NCBI RefSeq assembly: GCF_004010195.1 | Contig: NC_057760.1 | Coordinates: 4,494,488 to 4,555,268 of the forward strand | Direction: 5' to 3' | Length of the DNA: 60,781 nucleotides | From: Chiloscyllium plagiosum | Lineage: Eukaryota | Part shown: positions 37,030 through 49,150 of the stretch, piece after piece | How the letters are laid out: every line of letters starts with the position of its first letter | Position numbering within the stretch: the first letter of the stretch is position 1 | Translations under genes and position numbers: made by a program | Notes under the pieces: model-generated | Told to the model about the DNA's origin: nothing | The model's input: only the letters and a program-made list of their open reading frames with translations | Databases searched by the model: none

Positions 37030-38696
37030 TGGGGTCCCTAAAGGTTCAGAACCCCGAGCAGTCCAAGGAGGAAACTGAAGCTCAAGCTAACGCAAAGAAT
37101 ATCTTAAAATCTCCACAGGGTTTGTGATCCTTTGTATGGGAGTTTAATTGAATGCAGCATATTGAGTATACACTGGGAAGAAATCCAAACATGCACTTTA
37201 TGAGGGGTAACAGTCTCGGAGTTAACCCAGTAAAGGTCTATCCCTGATTCACTGCACGGCATCACAACTCAACACAGTTACCAAATGACAGGAGGCAAGT
37301 GCTTGAAAATTAAAATCAGGTTTTATTGTGAAAGTAAATCCTGTTTGGTGAGGTGAAACACAGTCTAGCTTTCTGGTTCCTGGCCAAAATGTACAGCACA
37401 GAATTCTAGACACATAGGAAGAGAGAAAATAGGGGCAGGGAAGAAAGGAGAGATGAGGCGAATAGTGAGAGAGGGAAAGAGAAGAGCAGAGGAAGACAGT
37501 GAGGGATGTAGAGGGAGATGAAGGGAGGCGAGTAGCTTGGAACAATGAGAGATAGGATTTCTGTTACAAAGATAGTGGAGATGTGGTTAAATACGTGTCA
37601 TTAGAGGATATAATTACCTTATCCGAACAATGCCAACCATTCCAGCACTAGCAGATCTCCCCTAGTGTTGCTCACAGGCTACATATTTCAATCAGAATGG
37701 GAGTGCTACACAGAACATCAACTATTAGATATGATTCTACAAATAGGCAGCATTCGCCATACGATTCTGACTGTAATAATAACTAAACTAACAACTCATT
37801 TAAGATAATTGATTGAAACATGTACCATGGCTCAGTTACACTTGTTCAACATAAAATTAAGGGCCCATTCTCTGCAAACAAAAGGAATACGTTCCAGCCT
37901 TTTGCCTTTTAGAATTACCCATATTAGGAAACTAATATTTTCTGTTGCTTATTAAATAGCCTGAGGTTGATTTGCCAACCAATCAAAATCCTTTCTCCAG
38001 TAACACTGTAAACTGCTGTAATTGTTTGAAAGTTGGCAGTCTTGTGTTTGGCTTGATGAGTGCAAGGTGGCAGATTTCAGCAACGTGTCTGTCTTCTAAG
38101 CAACACACGACACATTATTCTGCTGCGAAAATGAGGCTGTATTTCATGATGAATGATGATTTATTGACAATTGTACTCTACAATGAACAACATGGTAAAG
38201 TACAGTGAAAAGTTTCAATTGCCACGACAATCCAGTGCCATTTGATTACTTCAAGAATAAAAGGAGTTGAGCTTCTCCCTTTACGCCAGCAATGACTGGC
38301 CCTGTTATACTCCCTGTTATACCCCCCAGCTGACAGTCAATTCTGCTGAGGTCAGTAGAGTGGAATCACAAGTGTGGCCTATAGCAAGGTCCATTTTTCA
38401 CCATGGGTGAAGGTGGGTTTCTATCTCAGAATGTCAGATTGTTACAAACAGGATAAATTCCATTCAGTTCAAACAGAATCACTGCTGAGGGATTTGCAGA
38501 TTGACCCATTTTCTTTGTTAATTGGAGGATATTCCTAATAAGAAGGAAAGGGAAATTGATCGAGTCATTACCCAGGACTGTGTTAATGTGACTTCCACTG
38601 CGCTGATTGGACAATGATCAGAATTGACCATCACAACTGGGATCTGCCAAATCAAAACACACCAAGTTCCCAACCAGCTGAGTTATGAAATCCCTG

Positions 38697-39255
38697 GAAG
38701 ATAGGAGCAGGAGTAGGCGAGTTGGCCCTTCCAGCCTGCTCTGCCATTCAATATGATCACCGTTGCTGCTCTAGCTCAATGCCATAGTCCCACTGTGTCT
38801 CCATAGCCCTTGAAAGCTTTATAATCTAAACATATATCTGTCTCTTTCCTGAATACATTCAGTGACTTGGCCTCCACAGCCTTCTGTTGTAGAGAATTTA
38901 TAGGATCTCTACCTTCTGAGTGAAGAAATCTCAGTCCTAAACGGCCTCCTGTTTCAGGAGACTATGCCCCCTGGTTCTAGACTCCCTAGCCAGGGGAGAC
39001 ATTTTTCCTGCTTGTCCAGCCCTATTAGAATTTTATACATTTCAATTAGGTCCCATCTCATTCTTCCAAACTCTGGTGAACACAGGCCCAGTCAATGCGA
39101 TCTCTCTTTGTAGGAAAGTCCTACCATTCCTCGTATCAAGTTAGTGAACCTCTGCTGCACTCTTTCTTTCACAAGTCTATCCTTTCTTAGGTAGAGACTC
39201 CAAAACTGCACACTATACTCCATGTGCTGTCTCACCTATGCCTTGTATAACTGCA
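38697..39255 (-). mobile_element. CR1 LINE 3' part (the upstream part continues at 40640-41230)
   Basis: gaagataggagcaggagtaggc tail and ccaaaactgcacact; ORFs 40685-40876 (FINDLDEG, KFAED) and 40930-41130 (DFQKAFD). Confidence 0.85.
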
Positions 39256-39659
39256 AGGAGAAAGTGAGGACTGCAGATGCTGGAGATCAGAGCTGAAAAT
39301 GTGTTGCTGGAAAAGCGCAGCAGGTCAGGCAGCATCCAAGGAGCAGGAGAATCGACGTTTCGGGCATGAGCCCTTCTTCAGGAATGAGGAAAGTGTGCCA
39401 AGCAGGCTAAGATTAAAGGTAGGGAGGAGGGACTTGGGGGAGAGGCGTTAGAAATGCGATAGGTGGAAGGAGGTTAAGATGAGGTTGATAGGCCGGAGTG
39501 GGGGTGGGGGCGGAGAGGTCAGGAAGAAGATTGCAGGTTAGGAAGGTGGTGCTGAGTTAGAGGGTTGGGACTGAGACAAGGTGGGGCGAGGGCAAATGAG
39601 GAAACTGGAGAAATCTGAGTTAGTCTCCACATTTCCCCCCCCCCCACCTTGTCTCAGTC

Positions 39660-40361
39660 NNNNNNNNNNNNNNNNNNNNNNNNNNNNNNNNNNNNNNNNN
39701 NNNNNNNNNNNNNNNNNNNNNNNNNNNNNNNNNNNNNNNNNNNNNNNNNNNNNNNNNNNNNNNNNNNNNNNNNNNNNNNNNNNNNNNNNNNNNNNNNNNN
39801 NNNNNNNNNNNNNNNNNNNNNNNNNNNNNNNNNNNNNNNNNNNNNNNNNNNNNNNNNNNNNNNNNNNNNNNNNNNNNNNNNNNNNNNNNNNNNNNNNNNN
39901 NNNNNNNNNNNNNNNNNNNNNNNNNNNNNNNNNNNNNNNNNNNNNNNNNNNNNNNNNNNNNNNNNNNNNNNNNNNNNNNNNNNNNNNNNNNNNNNNNNNN
40001 NNNNNNNNNNNNNNNNNNNNNNNNNNNNNNNNNNNNNNNNNNNNNNNNNNNNNNNNNNNNNNNNNNNNNNNNNNNNNNNNNNNNNNNNNNNNNNNNNNNN
40101 NNNNNNNNNNNNNNNNNNNNNNNNNNNNNNNNNNNNNNNNNNNNNNNNNNNNNNNNNNNNNNNNNNNNNNNNNNNNNNNNNNNNNNNNNNNNNNNNNNNN
40201 NNNNNNNNNNNNNNNNNNNNNNNNNNNNNNNNNNNNNNNNNNNNNNNNNNNNNNNNNNNNNNNNNNNNNNNNNNNNNNNNNNNNNNNNNNNNNNNNNNNN
40301 NNNNNNNNNNNNNNNNNNNNNNNNNNNNNNNNNNNNNNNNNNNNNNNNNNNNNNNNNNNNN
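39660..40361. other. Assembly gap
   Basis: Run of N. Confidence 1.
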
Positions 40362-40520
40362 GGTTAGGTGAATTGGCCATGCTAAATTGCCCGTAGTGTT
40401 AGGTGAAGGGGTAAATGTAGGAGAATGGGTCTGGGTGGGTTACGCTTCGGCGGGTTGGTGTGGACTTGTTGGGCCGAAGGGCCTGTTTCCACACTGTAAG
40501 TAATCTAATCTAATCTAATC
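40362..40520 (+). mobile_element. HE1-like SINE 3' half with (taatc)4 tail
   Basis: ggtgaattggccatgctaaattgcccgtag...gggcctgtttccacactgtaagtaatctaatc. Confidence 0.9.
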
Positions 40521-40639
40521 TTAGCCTGCTTGGCACACTCTCCTCATTCCTGAAGAAGGGCTCATGTCCGAAACGTCAATTCTCCTGCTCCTTGGATGCT
40601 GCCTGACCTGCTGCGCTTTTCCAGCAACACATTTTCAGC

Positions 40640-41230
40640 ACCAAAGTGTATGACTTCACATTTAGCCAAATTGTGGCTGCACTGCTATATGTTTGCCCCT
40701 TCCTTCAACGTGTCTAAATCGCCTTGAAGTCTCTTTGCACCCTCTTCACAATCCCACCCAGTAGAGTCTTCAGCAAACTTGGAAATGTTGTGTTTTGTTC
40801 CCTCATCCAAGTCATTTATAAATATTATGGAGCGCTGAGCCCCAAACTCTGATCCCTGTGGAGCTTCAGTAGTCACTGCCTTCCACTTGGAAAAATACTT
40901 ACTTATTCACACTCTTTGTTTCCTGTCTGTCAACCATATCTTGACCCATGCCAATGCATTACCTGTATTTTATGTGGTTCACGTTTGCCTAGTAACCTCT
41001 TAGGAGGCACCTGATCAAAAGCTTTCTGAAAATCCACATGCATCATTTTCCCGAGTTCTCTTTTTTCCATACTGCTGTTTGCAACCTGAAAGAATACCAG
41101 GAGGTTTTTTAGGCATGATTTGCCTTTCATAAACCCATGCTGGCTTTGTCCAATCTTGTTAACATTTTAAAAATGTTCTGTGATCATTTCTTTTATAATA
41201 CACTCTAGTATTTTCCCCACTACTGACAGT
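40640..41230 (-). mobile_element. CR1 LINE RT fragment
   Basis: KGKSCLKNLLVFF, DFQKAFDQVP, APQGSEFG, FINDLDEG. Confidence 0.85.
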
Positions 41231-42242
41231 ACAGCTTACAGAAGGTAAAAGGGATTACAAGCCGGATAATATCATATATAATTGAACACTACACTTGTAC
41301 TTTTCAATCAGTGTCTACATGTACAAATCCTACAAATGTAGAACATGTAGTTCCTAACTTCATAAGCTGAAATGACTCTGTTCAAGGAGATGGATCTTAG
41401 GAACTACTTTAAACTTCCATCTGTGTTGTTTGACTTCAACTGAAGAACAACATGTGGGATTGTGCCACATTTGCATAGAGGATCATCCTGAGGCAGTGAG
41501 GAAATGTTACAGATGGATGGGAGGCTGCGTGAAACAAGAGTTGTGAAACATTACTCAAGACTGAGTTAGTGGAGTTGGTTATCCCAGTGAGTAGATGGAA
41601 AGAGGTTGTGGGATTTGGCTGAGTGTACAAATTTAGAAAGAGAGAAAATGCCAAAACAAACTAACACGTTGGTGAAACCTATGAAACTGGGAATTTAATT
41701 GGTTTTGCTGTGACAATGAAGGGTTTGCATCAGGAGTATTGCGAGTTGTCAACATGAAGAAGAAATTTCTTTTCCGCCACATAGCGTTGAGACTTTTAAA
41801 AAAAAACTCAGCAAATAATCATCATTCTGATGTAAAGAACATATGTCTTGGTACAGTCTCTGGACATTTTAATCTGTATTCCTTCTTCCCAAAATCAATT
41901 AAATCCTGGTGATTTTTTTTTTGTTGACTTGTAACCAAATACCACAGCCACAGGCCACACAAATCAAGGATCTTGACTCTGAAACCACCTTCCAATAGTG
42001 TAGGATGGAAGTATCAGCATCTTAACTTCCACCTTTGTCTCCATTACACCCTCAGCAAGAACAACAGCTGCATGGGGATTCAGTAATCCGTGCACAAACA
42101 CCAATTCAGTGCAGATACTCATCCCCTTGGAGCTCTATCAACAATCTAGCCTTCTTAGATGACAGCGCACACAAAGCACACACGCTCACTCAAGGGGCAC
42201 ACACAACCAGTCCCACACTTCAAAAGAACATTAGACATCAGG

Positions 42243-42358
42243 TCTGGGACAGCACAGGATTAGATATGGAATAAAGCTCCTTCTACATCGTACCCCATCA
42301 AACACTCCCAGGATGGGGACAGCACAGAGTTAGATACAGAGTAGAGTACTTTCTACAA
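42243..42358 (-). repeat. ~68-bp minisatellite family; further units at 43505-43715
   Basis: gggacagcacagRgttagatacagagtaaagctcc...ccatcaaacactcccagga. Confidence 0.8.
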
Positions 42359-42519
42359 TGAAGGTGTTATGTTTGGAGGAACTGAATGCTTACTGAAGGA
42401 GTTATGAAGGTGGAGAGACAGGGGAGAGAGTGCATTGGGACTGGGACAGAGTTTGAAGACAATTTGAGTTGATGTTTGGGAGAGCAGAGAACAGATAGGT
42501 GAAGCGACTGGAGGACTGC

Positions 42520-42790
42520 AGAAGGTAACTGGATAAGGGTGGAGGGATGGAGGCGACTGGAGCATAAAGGGGACAGAGAGGGAAGGATAGAACAGAGGGG
42601 AGCCGAGCAGAATGGCTGGGGTGGGGGTGTGGGGGAGCCGAGGAGAGAGGGGAGGAGACAGGAGAGCTGGGGAGGGCGGGGGTGGTGGGAGAGGGCAGAG
42701 GGATGAGGGCGCTGTCGAGGGGTGTGAAAAGGAAGTGGAGTGGAGGGAGAGGACAAGGCAAAAGGGGCATGGGGTATAGGGAGGGCAGCT
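42520..42790. repeat. G/A-rich low-complexity tract
   Basis: Almost pure purine on the + strand with several GGG runs. Confidence 0.8.
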
Positions 42791-43074
42791 GTGGTGTATA
42801 CCCTGTGGTGAAGTGGTTGGTGATAGACATTAGGGGATCACAGTCAGTCATCGCCTGTATCCAGATTGAGTGGAAGGCTACATTTAGGAACAATGGCATC
42901 AGGCCAACATTTGTGAGGCTGCATTAATATCAGCTGGCAAGGCTGGAAGCAGCAATTACAGCTGCCTCAAATCCTGGCAATGTGAAGGCATTTTAACCCC
43001 AAAATCTCATCGAATTCAACTGCCTAACATCTAGTCTCGTGACAACTTACACGAGTCTGTATTGATTTAGATTG

Positions 43075-43385
43075 CATACACACTCACTCGTACATTCACT
43101 CTCTCCTGCATCTATGCACCCTCCCTCTCTCTCCTACACCCATGCACACTCACTCACTCTCCGACATCCATGCACACTCACTCACTCTCTTGCCCAAACT
43201 CAAACACACCTACTCACTCTCACACACACTAACTCTATCGCGCAGACTTGCACACTTAACATGCTGAAATGCCCAGAACGGTGAGACACAGCCACTTAAA
43301 ACCAACTCTCACTCATTCAGAGACTCCCACACACACACATGCAGACCCCACCCTTACACACCCACAGTCACTCACTCATGCACCC
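43075..43385. repeat. Degenerate (CA)/(CACT)n microsatellite
   Basis: Repeated cacactcactcactct. Confidence 0.85.
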
Positions 43386-43754
43386 TTCCCTTGTTCTTAG
43401 ACAAAACAGTGAATGTTGTCTCTAGAATCAGATAAATCGTCATCTCATTGTATGCAGAATGAAATCAAAGGGCCAGTCACCTATCACTGATCCTAAAGTC
43501 AAGCCCTGTGTACACTGTCCACATCAAACACTGCCAGGACAGGGACAGTACAGGAATAGATACAGAGTAAAGCTCCCTCCATATTTGCCTAAACATAAAG
43601 TAAAGCCACTCCTACTTCTTTAAACTGAAAGTAAAGTTCTTTCTCTACTTCTAAATTGAAAGTAAAGTTCCCTTGACACTGTCTCCATCAAATACTCCCA
43701 GAACAGGGACAGTGTGGATTTGTACTTTGGTTCATTTGATCTTGACTATGCCAG

Positions 43755-43960
43755 TGTTTATTACCCACCCTTAACTGCTCTGAAAGACATGAGGGTGAGG
43801 TACCTTCTTATTAGAGAAGGATTTTGGTACAGTGACAATGAAGGAACAGCGATATACTTCCAAGTTTGGATGGTGAGTGCAGGCACTGGCATTCCCATGT
43901 GGATGCTCGTCCTTCTGGATGGTAGCAACCACAAGACGATGCTGAAGGAGACCTGAAGGG
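43755..43960 (-). mobile_element. 3' fragment of the CR1/L2-group LINE
   Basis: gaaggaacagcgatatacttccaagtttggatggtgag is the reverse complement of the family 3' region (compare 53725-53765). Confidence 0.65.
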
Positions 43961-44201
43961 CTGTTATTGTTAATAATGTTGAGAGTCCATGATCACGAGC
44001 AATTGGGTTAGGATTGCTCAGCTTAGCTCGCACTGAGCCCTTTCGGAAAGCTCACTCTTTGGATTGGAATTGAAGGCTCTACAATGAAGTGATTGTGTTC
44101 TCCCTTGTCTCACCTGGAGTGGTACCTAATGTGATTGTATGACTCAGAGCCCACTCTCATCTCTACACCAGCAGTTATAACCACTTCCCCTTCACTTTTA
44201 C

Positions 44202-44374
44202 CTTTGACACTTGCTTGTTTAACTCGAGGCTGGTTTTGCCCATGTGCCTTTGGGCCCTGGCTTTTTGTATTGGCTGTGACATCAGATGGTGTTGGCTGTC
44301 TCTTGGCAACTTTGGCAGAGCGCTGGCTAGAGAGTGTGAGTTTCCTCAGTAACACCGACTGTGCCTGCTTCACA
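44202..44374 (-). CDS. LTBP4: Probable LTBP4-like long-isoform exon (basic linker, VKQAQSVLLRK...RVKQASVK)
   Basis: Acceptor ttccttttcctttgcag| at 44375-44376, and only one of three frames is open (phase 2 start). Donor AAG|gtaaaa gives 173 nt and a phase-1 end, in frame with the 36974 acceptor. VKQAQSVLLRK resembles the recalled human LTBP4L segment LQEARALLKRR. A competing donor exists at 44113. Confidence 0.6.
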
Positions 44375-45194
44375 CTGCAAAGGAAAAGGAACAGAATTTA
44401 ACACAGCAATAATCGGTACTACAGACAACATGGGAAACTGCTGAAGCAAAGAGAGGGAGGAGAAGAGGGAGTGGAAGAAGGGGAAAATTGGGCAAAGAGA
44501 AAGGAAATGAGGAGAAATGGACAAGAGAGGTGAGAGAGGAACCAGCTTAGAAAGTTGGAACGAGGAAGGGGAGCAAGCAAAGGTCGACTGGACACAAGGA
44601 AAATCTTTGGTTGAAGTCCTAATCTTTCCTCCTGTTCGTCCAATCATTATCTAGACATGCAGCTAAAACAAATGATGCACTTCATTGGTATTGCCCAGCC
44701 TGTGTGTCTCCACATCCATTCCTGTACGTACACATTAAATGTTGCAAAAAGAGACAGTTACCTCTTGCAAGCCCCAGAGCTAGTTAGTTCAGGTTGCCTG
44801 GAGACAGGAAACTCTCAATCTGCACAATCACTTACTCTGTTTACATTCAATTTTCAGACGTAATATTCAGACAGTTCCTGGCTCGACTTTGCTCTCCCCC
44901 CCCTGTACAGACAGAATTTTTTCCTGCCAGAATGAACAAAGGTACAAATCAAGGATATTTGGCAGTAGTTTCAGACTGAAACAAACTGATTAGATTTACG
45001 TTTCACAGGGACAAGAATCTCACCCCACATTGGTGCACAAACTTAGCTCCAGAAGCAGCCCACTGATCACTGATAAAAACATTTCTGCACGAAATGTGCT
45101 ACATGAATTGTGAAAGTGATCTGTACATCATAGCAAGAGCATCTACAGGGAAAATCACATCAGTACAAAAGCTCTGTTTTGGACCTACCAGGGC

Positions 45195-45680
45195 CACACA
45201 GCAGCTGACACCATCACAGCCTTGGTTCAAAAAGAGGTGAATTCCAGAGGTGAAGTGACAGTGACAGACCTTGACATCAAGGCTGCATTTGACTGAGTGT
45301 ACCATCAAGGAGCCCTGGCAAAACTGGAATCAATGGGTGTCGGGAAAAACTCTCTGCTGGTTGGAGTCATGCCTGGCACACAGGAAGATGGTTGTGGCTG
45401 TTGGAGGTCAGCCATCTCAGCTCCAGAACATCTCTGCAGGAGTTCCTCAGGGCACTGTCCTAGGTCCAATCATCTTCAGCTGCTTCATCAAATAACGTTC
45501 CCTCCATCATAAGGTCAGAAGTGGGGATGTTCGTCAATCAATGCACAATGTTGAGGTTTGGGCTAGCAATTGGCAAATACCATTCATGCCACATAAATGC
45601 CAGGCAGTGACCATCTCCAATGAGAGAGAATTTAACCATCACCCCTCGACATTCAATGATATTGTTGTCACTGAATCCCT
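45195..45680 (+). mobile_element. CR1/L2-group LINE RT fragment
   Basis: ISAGVPQGTVLGPIIFSCFI; matches 52785-53270. Confidence 0.85.
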
Positions 45681-46145
45681 TTTATGAGGAATCGAAGATG
45701 TGGGTTTGTTGAACAGCAGATCGAGTCAAAACAAATGATACACCATAGCAAAGTGTGACAATCACAGCAACAATCGTGAATCTGACACAAGAGAAATGTC
45801 CAGGTTGTATGCAGCATGGAGGAATTTTAACCAAGAGGTCCCTTTGGGGGACCCCTGTGCTCTCTGAGTATTTCCCAGTCAATTTAAATTTCAGATTGAA
45901 GAAGTCAAAGTAGCCTTGTGTTTCTTCTCACTTGGAGGTTATGATTCTAGAGAGAAACTGAAGCCTCTGGGACAATTTCTACTGCTCCCAAATCTGGAAC
46001 ATGTATCTCAGGGTCTGGGTGGGAGGCTCACAGCAAAGACCAGTCTTATGCCCATCCTTTAGTTTTCCAGCTGAAGTCAATGCATTGAGGACAATACAGA
46101 ATTCCTTCAATCATGCACTGAAGTTCGGGACTGTTCTAGGTTTAA

Positions 46146-46692
46146 AAACATAGAATGGTACAGCACAGAATCGGGCCCTATGGCCCACCATGATGCTGAA
46201 TTACACTAATCCCTTCTGCCTGCCCTTGGTCCATATTCCTCCATTCATTGCATATTCATGTGCTTATCTAAAAATCTCTTAAATGCCCCTATCATATTTG
46301 CCTCCACCTCCACTCCTGATATAATATTGCACACTCTTACCACCCTCTTTGTAAAAAACCTCCCCCATATCTCCTTTGAACTTTCCCCCTCTCACCTTAA
46401 ATGCATGCCCCCTAGTATTAGACATTTCAACTCTGGGAAAAAGATTCTGACCATCATCCCTATCTATACATCTCATAATTTTATGGACTTCTATCAAGTC
46501 TCTCCTCATCGTCCAATGCTCCAGAGAAAACAGAGATTTTTTTTAGTCTCTTCTCATAGTTCATTACCTCCAATTCAGGCAGCATCCTGGTAAACCTCAC
46601 CAAAACCTTCACATCCTTCCCTCATTGTGGTGACCAAAATTGAATGCAGTACTCTAAGTGTGGCCTAACTAAAGTCTTATAAAGCTACAAGC
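46146..46692 (-). mobile_element. CR1 LINE 3' fragment
   Basis: MRRDLIEVHKIMR...TRGHAFKVRGGKFKGD. Confidence 0.9.
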
Positions 46693-47329
46693 AGAGAGCA
46701 ATTGCCTAAAATCTTGTCATCACCAACAACCAATTAGAAGCCCTCAACAGAAGCAAATCAAAGATGCAGACAATGAAAACTAATGCCTAACCTTATGATA
46801 TACCTCAATTTATTTGAAATCATTTCAACAGTTGCTCCTATTGAATCTTAATTCCTACTCATGCTCAGACAGATGTTCTTACTTTGCTTAGAGGATCTGC
46901 TCAAGGATCATTTTCAATGAATTTCTGGCCCATAATATGATCTTTTCTTTAAACTTTATCCAAAGTTTGAAGAACCGACATGAATCGTACTCTGACAGTT
47001 TTATCATAGAAATCACCCCGTCTTTTTTCCTAAGACAGTAAAATTCTTCATTACTGTTGTAAAGAGAGGCTAAAACTCTAGTTTTCTTTTATTCTCAGCA
47101 CATGGAGCTAAAAGTAAATGCTCTTCAACTTCCCCATATTCTGTAAGATCATCTTCACAGAACTGAATGAGCGAGATCATTGTTATACAGAATCTCTAAA
47201 ATTCCAACTTTAGCAAATTCCAACCTCACTCACCAATATAGTCAATGGGGAAATAAGCACTGCTGAGCTCTCTTACTGTGTCAATTTGCAACTGGTCTGG
47301 TCTTGAAGCTTGAAATCAGATTCCATACT

Positions 47330-47550
47330 GAGACAGCTCAATTGGCTAGATGCCTGTTTTTCTGAGCACAGTAACAAATTAGCGTCGGTTCAATTCCCGC
47401 ATTGACTGAGGTTATCATGAGGACTCTCCTTCTCAATCTTGCCCCTCACCTGCAGCGTCATGCCCCTCAGGTTAAACTCAGCACCAGTCACCTCTCTCAA
47501 ATGAGAGAGTAGTGATATGGGCCAGTATGACTATGGTTACTTTTCCTTTC
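47330..47550 (+). mobile_element. tRNA-derived SINE of a different, older family
   Basis: Box A-like agctcaattgg and box B-like ggttcaattcc; the body is unrelated to HE1; ends gactatggttacttttccttt. Confidence 0.55.
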
Positions 47551-48129
47551 AGATGACCAATTAAATACCTTATCTGTATCAGGTTTTAAACCAAAAGATC
47601 GATTGACCAAATCTTTTAATAAATACCATTATGGGTTTATTATCAAAATAAAACTTATTCAGTGATGATGCAATAGTTAGTTAACAAATACATGAAAGCA
47701 TGCACACTTGGCTAATGGAAAGGAGAAAACTTGAAATATTCCAGCAACAACTCTTACAAACAAACAAATAGGTTTCAGCCTGAACTCAACATGAAGATTT
47801 TCATTTCAGAAAGGGGAGCAATCAGATGGGTAGCTTGTTCTTTGCAGGCTTTCCTATAACTAGACAAGATAAAACAAGAACTTCTCCAAAGCCAGTCAGT
47901 GCTCAAATCAGCCTCTGCAGGGGTCTACCTCAAAACAAGTAGTTTTAATAGTCATGTGATTTCTTAGGAAGCCTTGCTAAAAAATCTACAATGTCCCCGT
48001 GAACCTTCAACTTCCTCTTTTAAAGAACCACATTAGAGGTATTTCCACTAAACTTGAAATAAGTAGGTTTTCTAGCATTGTATAATAATATTAGTCCTTT
48101 ATTAAATATGAAGCATCTTCATAACAAAG

Positions 48130-48512
48130 GAGTTCAATGAAGATTCACCAAACTGATTCCTGGGATGAGGACGTTGTCTGATAAGGGGTGATTCTGAGTA
48201 AATGTTCCCCCCATTTGGCAGAATTAAGTATCAGGCATCACAGTCTCATAATAGGAAGTCAATGATTTAGGACAGGCATGAGGATAATTATTTTTATGAA
48301 AAGGATTGTGAATCTTCAGAATTTATTATCCTTTACCCTCGAGAGCTGTGAATGTTCATGTGTTGAGTATGTTGAATGTTCATGTATTTAAATTATTACA
48401 CAGATTTTGTATATGAAGGTAATCTGGATCTAATGCAGCAAGACAAGGTTGAGACAGATAATCAGCTATGATCTTATGGAACGATTCCTCCCCTCTCTTA
48501 TACTTTTATGTT
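48130..48512 (+). mobile_element. Old CR1 3' fragment
   Basis: gttcaatgaagattcaccaaactgattcctgggatga...tttaggacaggcatgagga...atcagctatgatctta. Confidence 0.7.
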
Positions 48513-48887
48513 CTCGATAAGATTGGATGAAAATTAGTTGTCTTGTTGTCTCACAGTAAAACAGTCGAGGAGGTACTGGTGTAATAGTAATGCTATTGCC
48601 CTCTGGGCAATTAGGATGGGTATGCCAATGATACCCACATCCCATATTCAATTTTTTTAAAGTCCAAACATAATTCATTGACTGTAAAACACTCCAAAAA
48701 CCCTGAAAAATTTTGTCTAAACATGTGTTCAGTTTTGTGGAAGCAGTGTTCTATGAACAAGACAGGGACTAATGGAGAAATAATGTGCAGTTCTGCAGAA
48801 TCTTGCATTATCTTCCCCTTCTCTCCTAAAAATGGTTCTTGATAGAAGACCATAAAGAGGCCATTTAATACCTTCTCACACCCAGGA

Positions 48888-49150
48888 GAGCTTTCAAAGT
48901 GCTTGGTGTTGAATGAGTGGTTGATGCATGGGATGATATCCAATTCTCATTCAGTAAGTTTCACAGACACCTCAAAATAAATAATCATAATAACCATATT
49001 TTCCAGAGTTTATAGAAGGAGGAATATTGCATAGTAGATTTCTACTCTTCTTCAAATAAAATCAGAAAATTCCTGTCCACGAGAAGTGCAGGTGTTATTT
49101 GTTACCACTCTCACACCCAGCTGGACAGTACATTCCACACTGCATCAAAC
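48888..49150 (-). mobile_element. Possible highly decayed Deu-domain SINE
   Basis: ctcttcttcaaataa...tccac..gagaagtgcag...gacagtacattccacactgca loosely resembles the recalled reverse DeuSINE core. Confidence 0.3.

Larger units (their letters stand above)
39256..40639. mobile_element. Penelope-like family A inverted pair (minus copy 39256-~39620; plus copy ~39621-40639, spanning the gap and a SINE)
   Basis: 39290-39412 is mirrored by 40518-40639, and ccaccttgtctcagtc (39644-39659) mirrors 39569-39584. Hammerhead cores lie at 39350-39386 (-) and 40545-40581 (+). Confidence 0.8.

Noticed and set aside
37249..37545. Cys-containing ORF behind a strong acceptor, as a missing LTBP coding exon
   Set aside because: No LTBP similarity and no good phase-1 donor.
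32017..40396. Long ORFs filled with X
   Set aside because: Artefacts of N gaps; only the CR1 endonuclease part of 32065-33333 is meaningful.
42353..42927. Pro/Ser/Leu-rich ORFs
   Set aside because: They arise from low-complexity GA-rich DNA.
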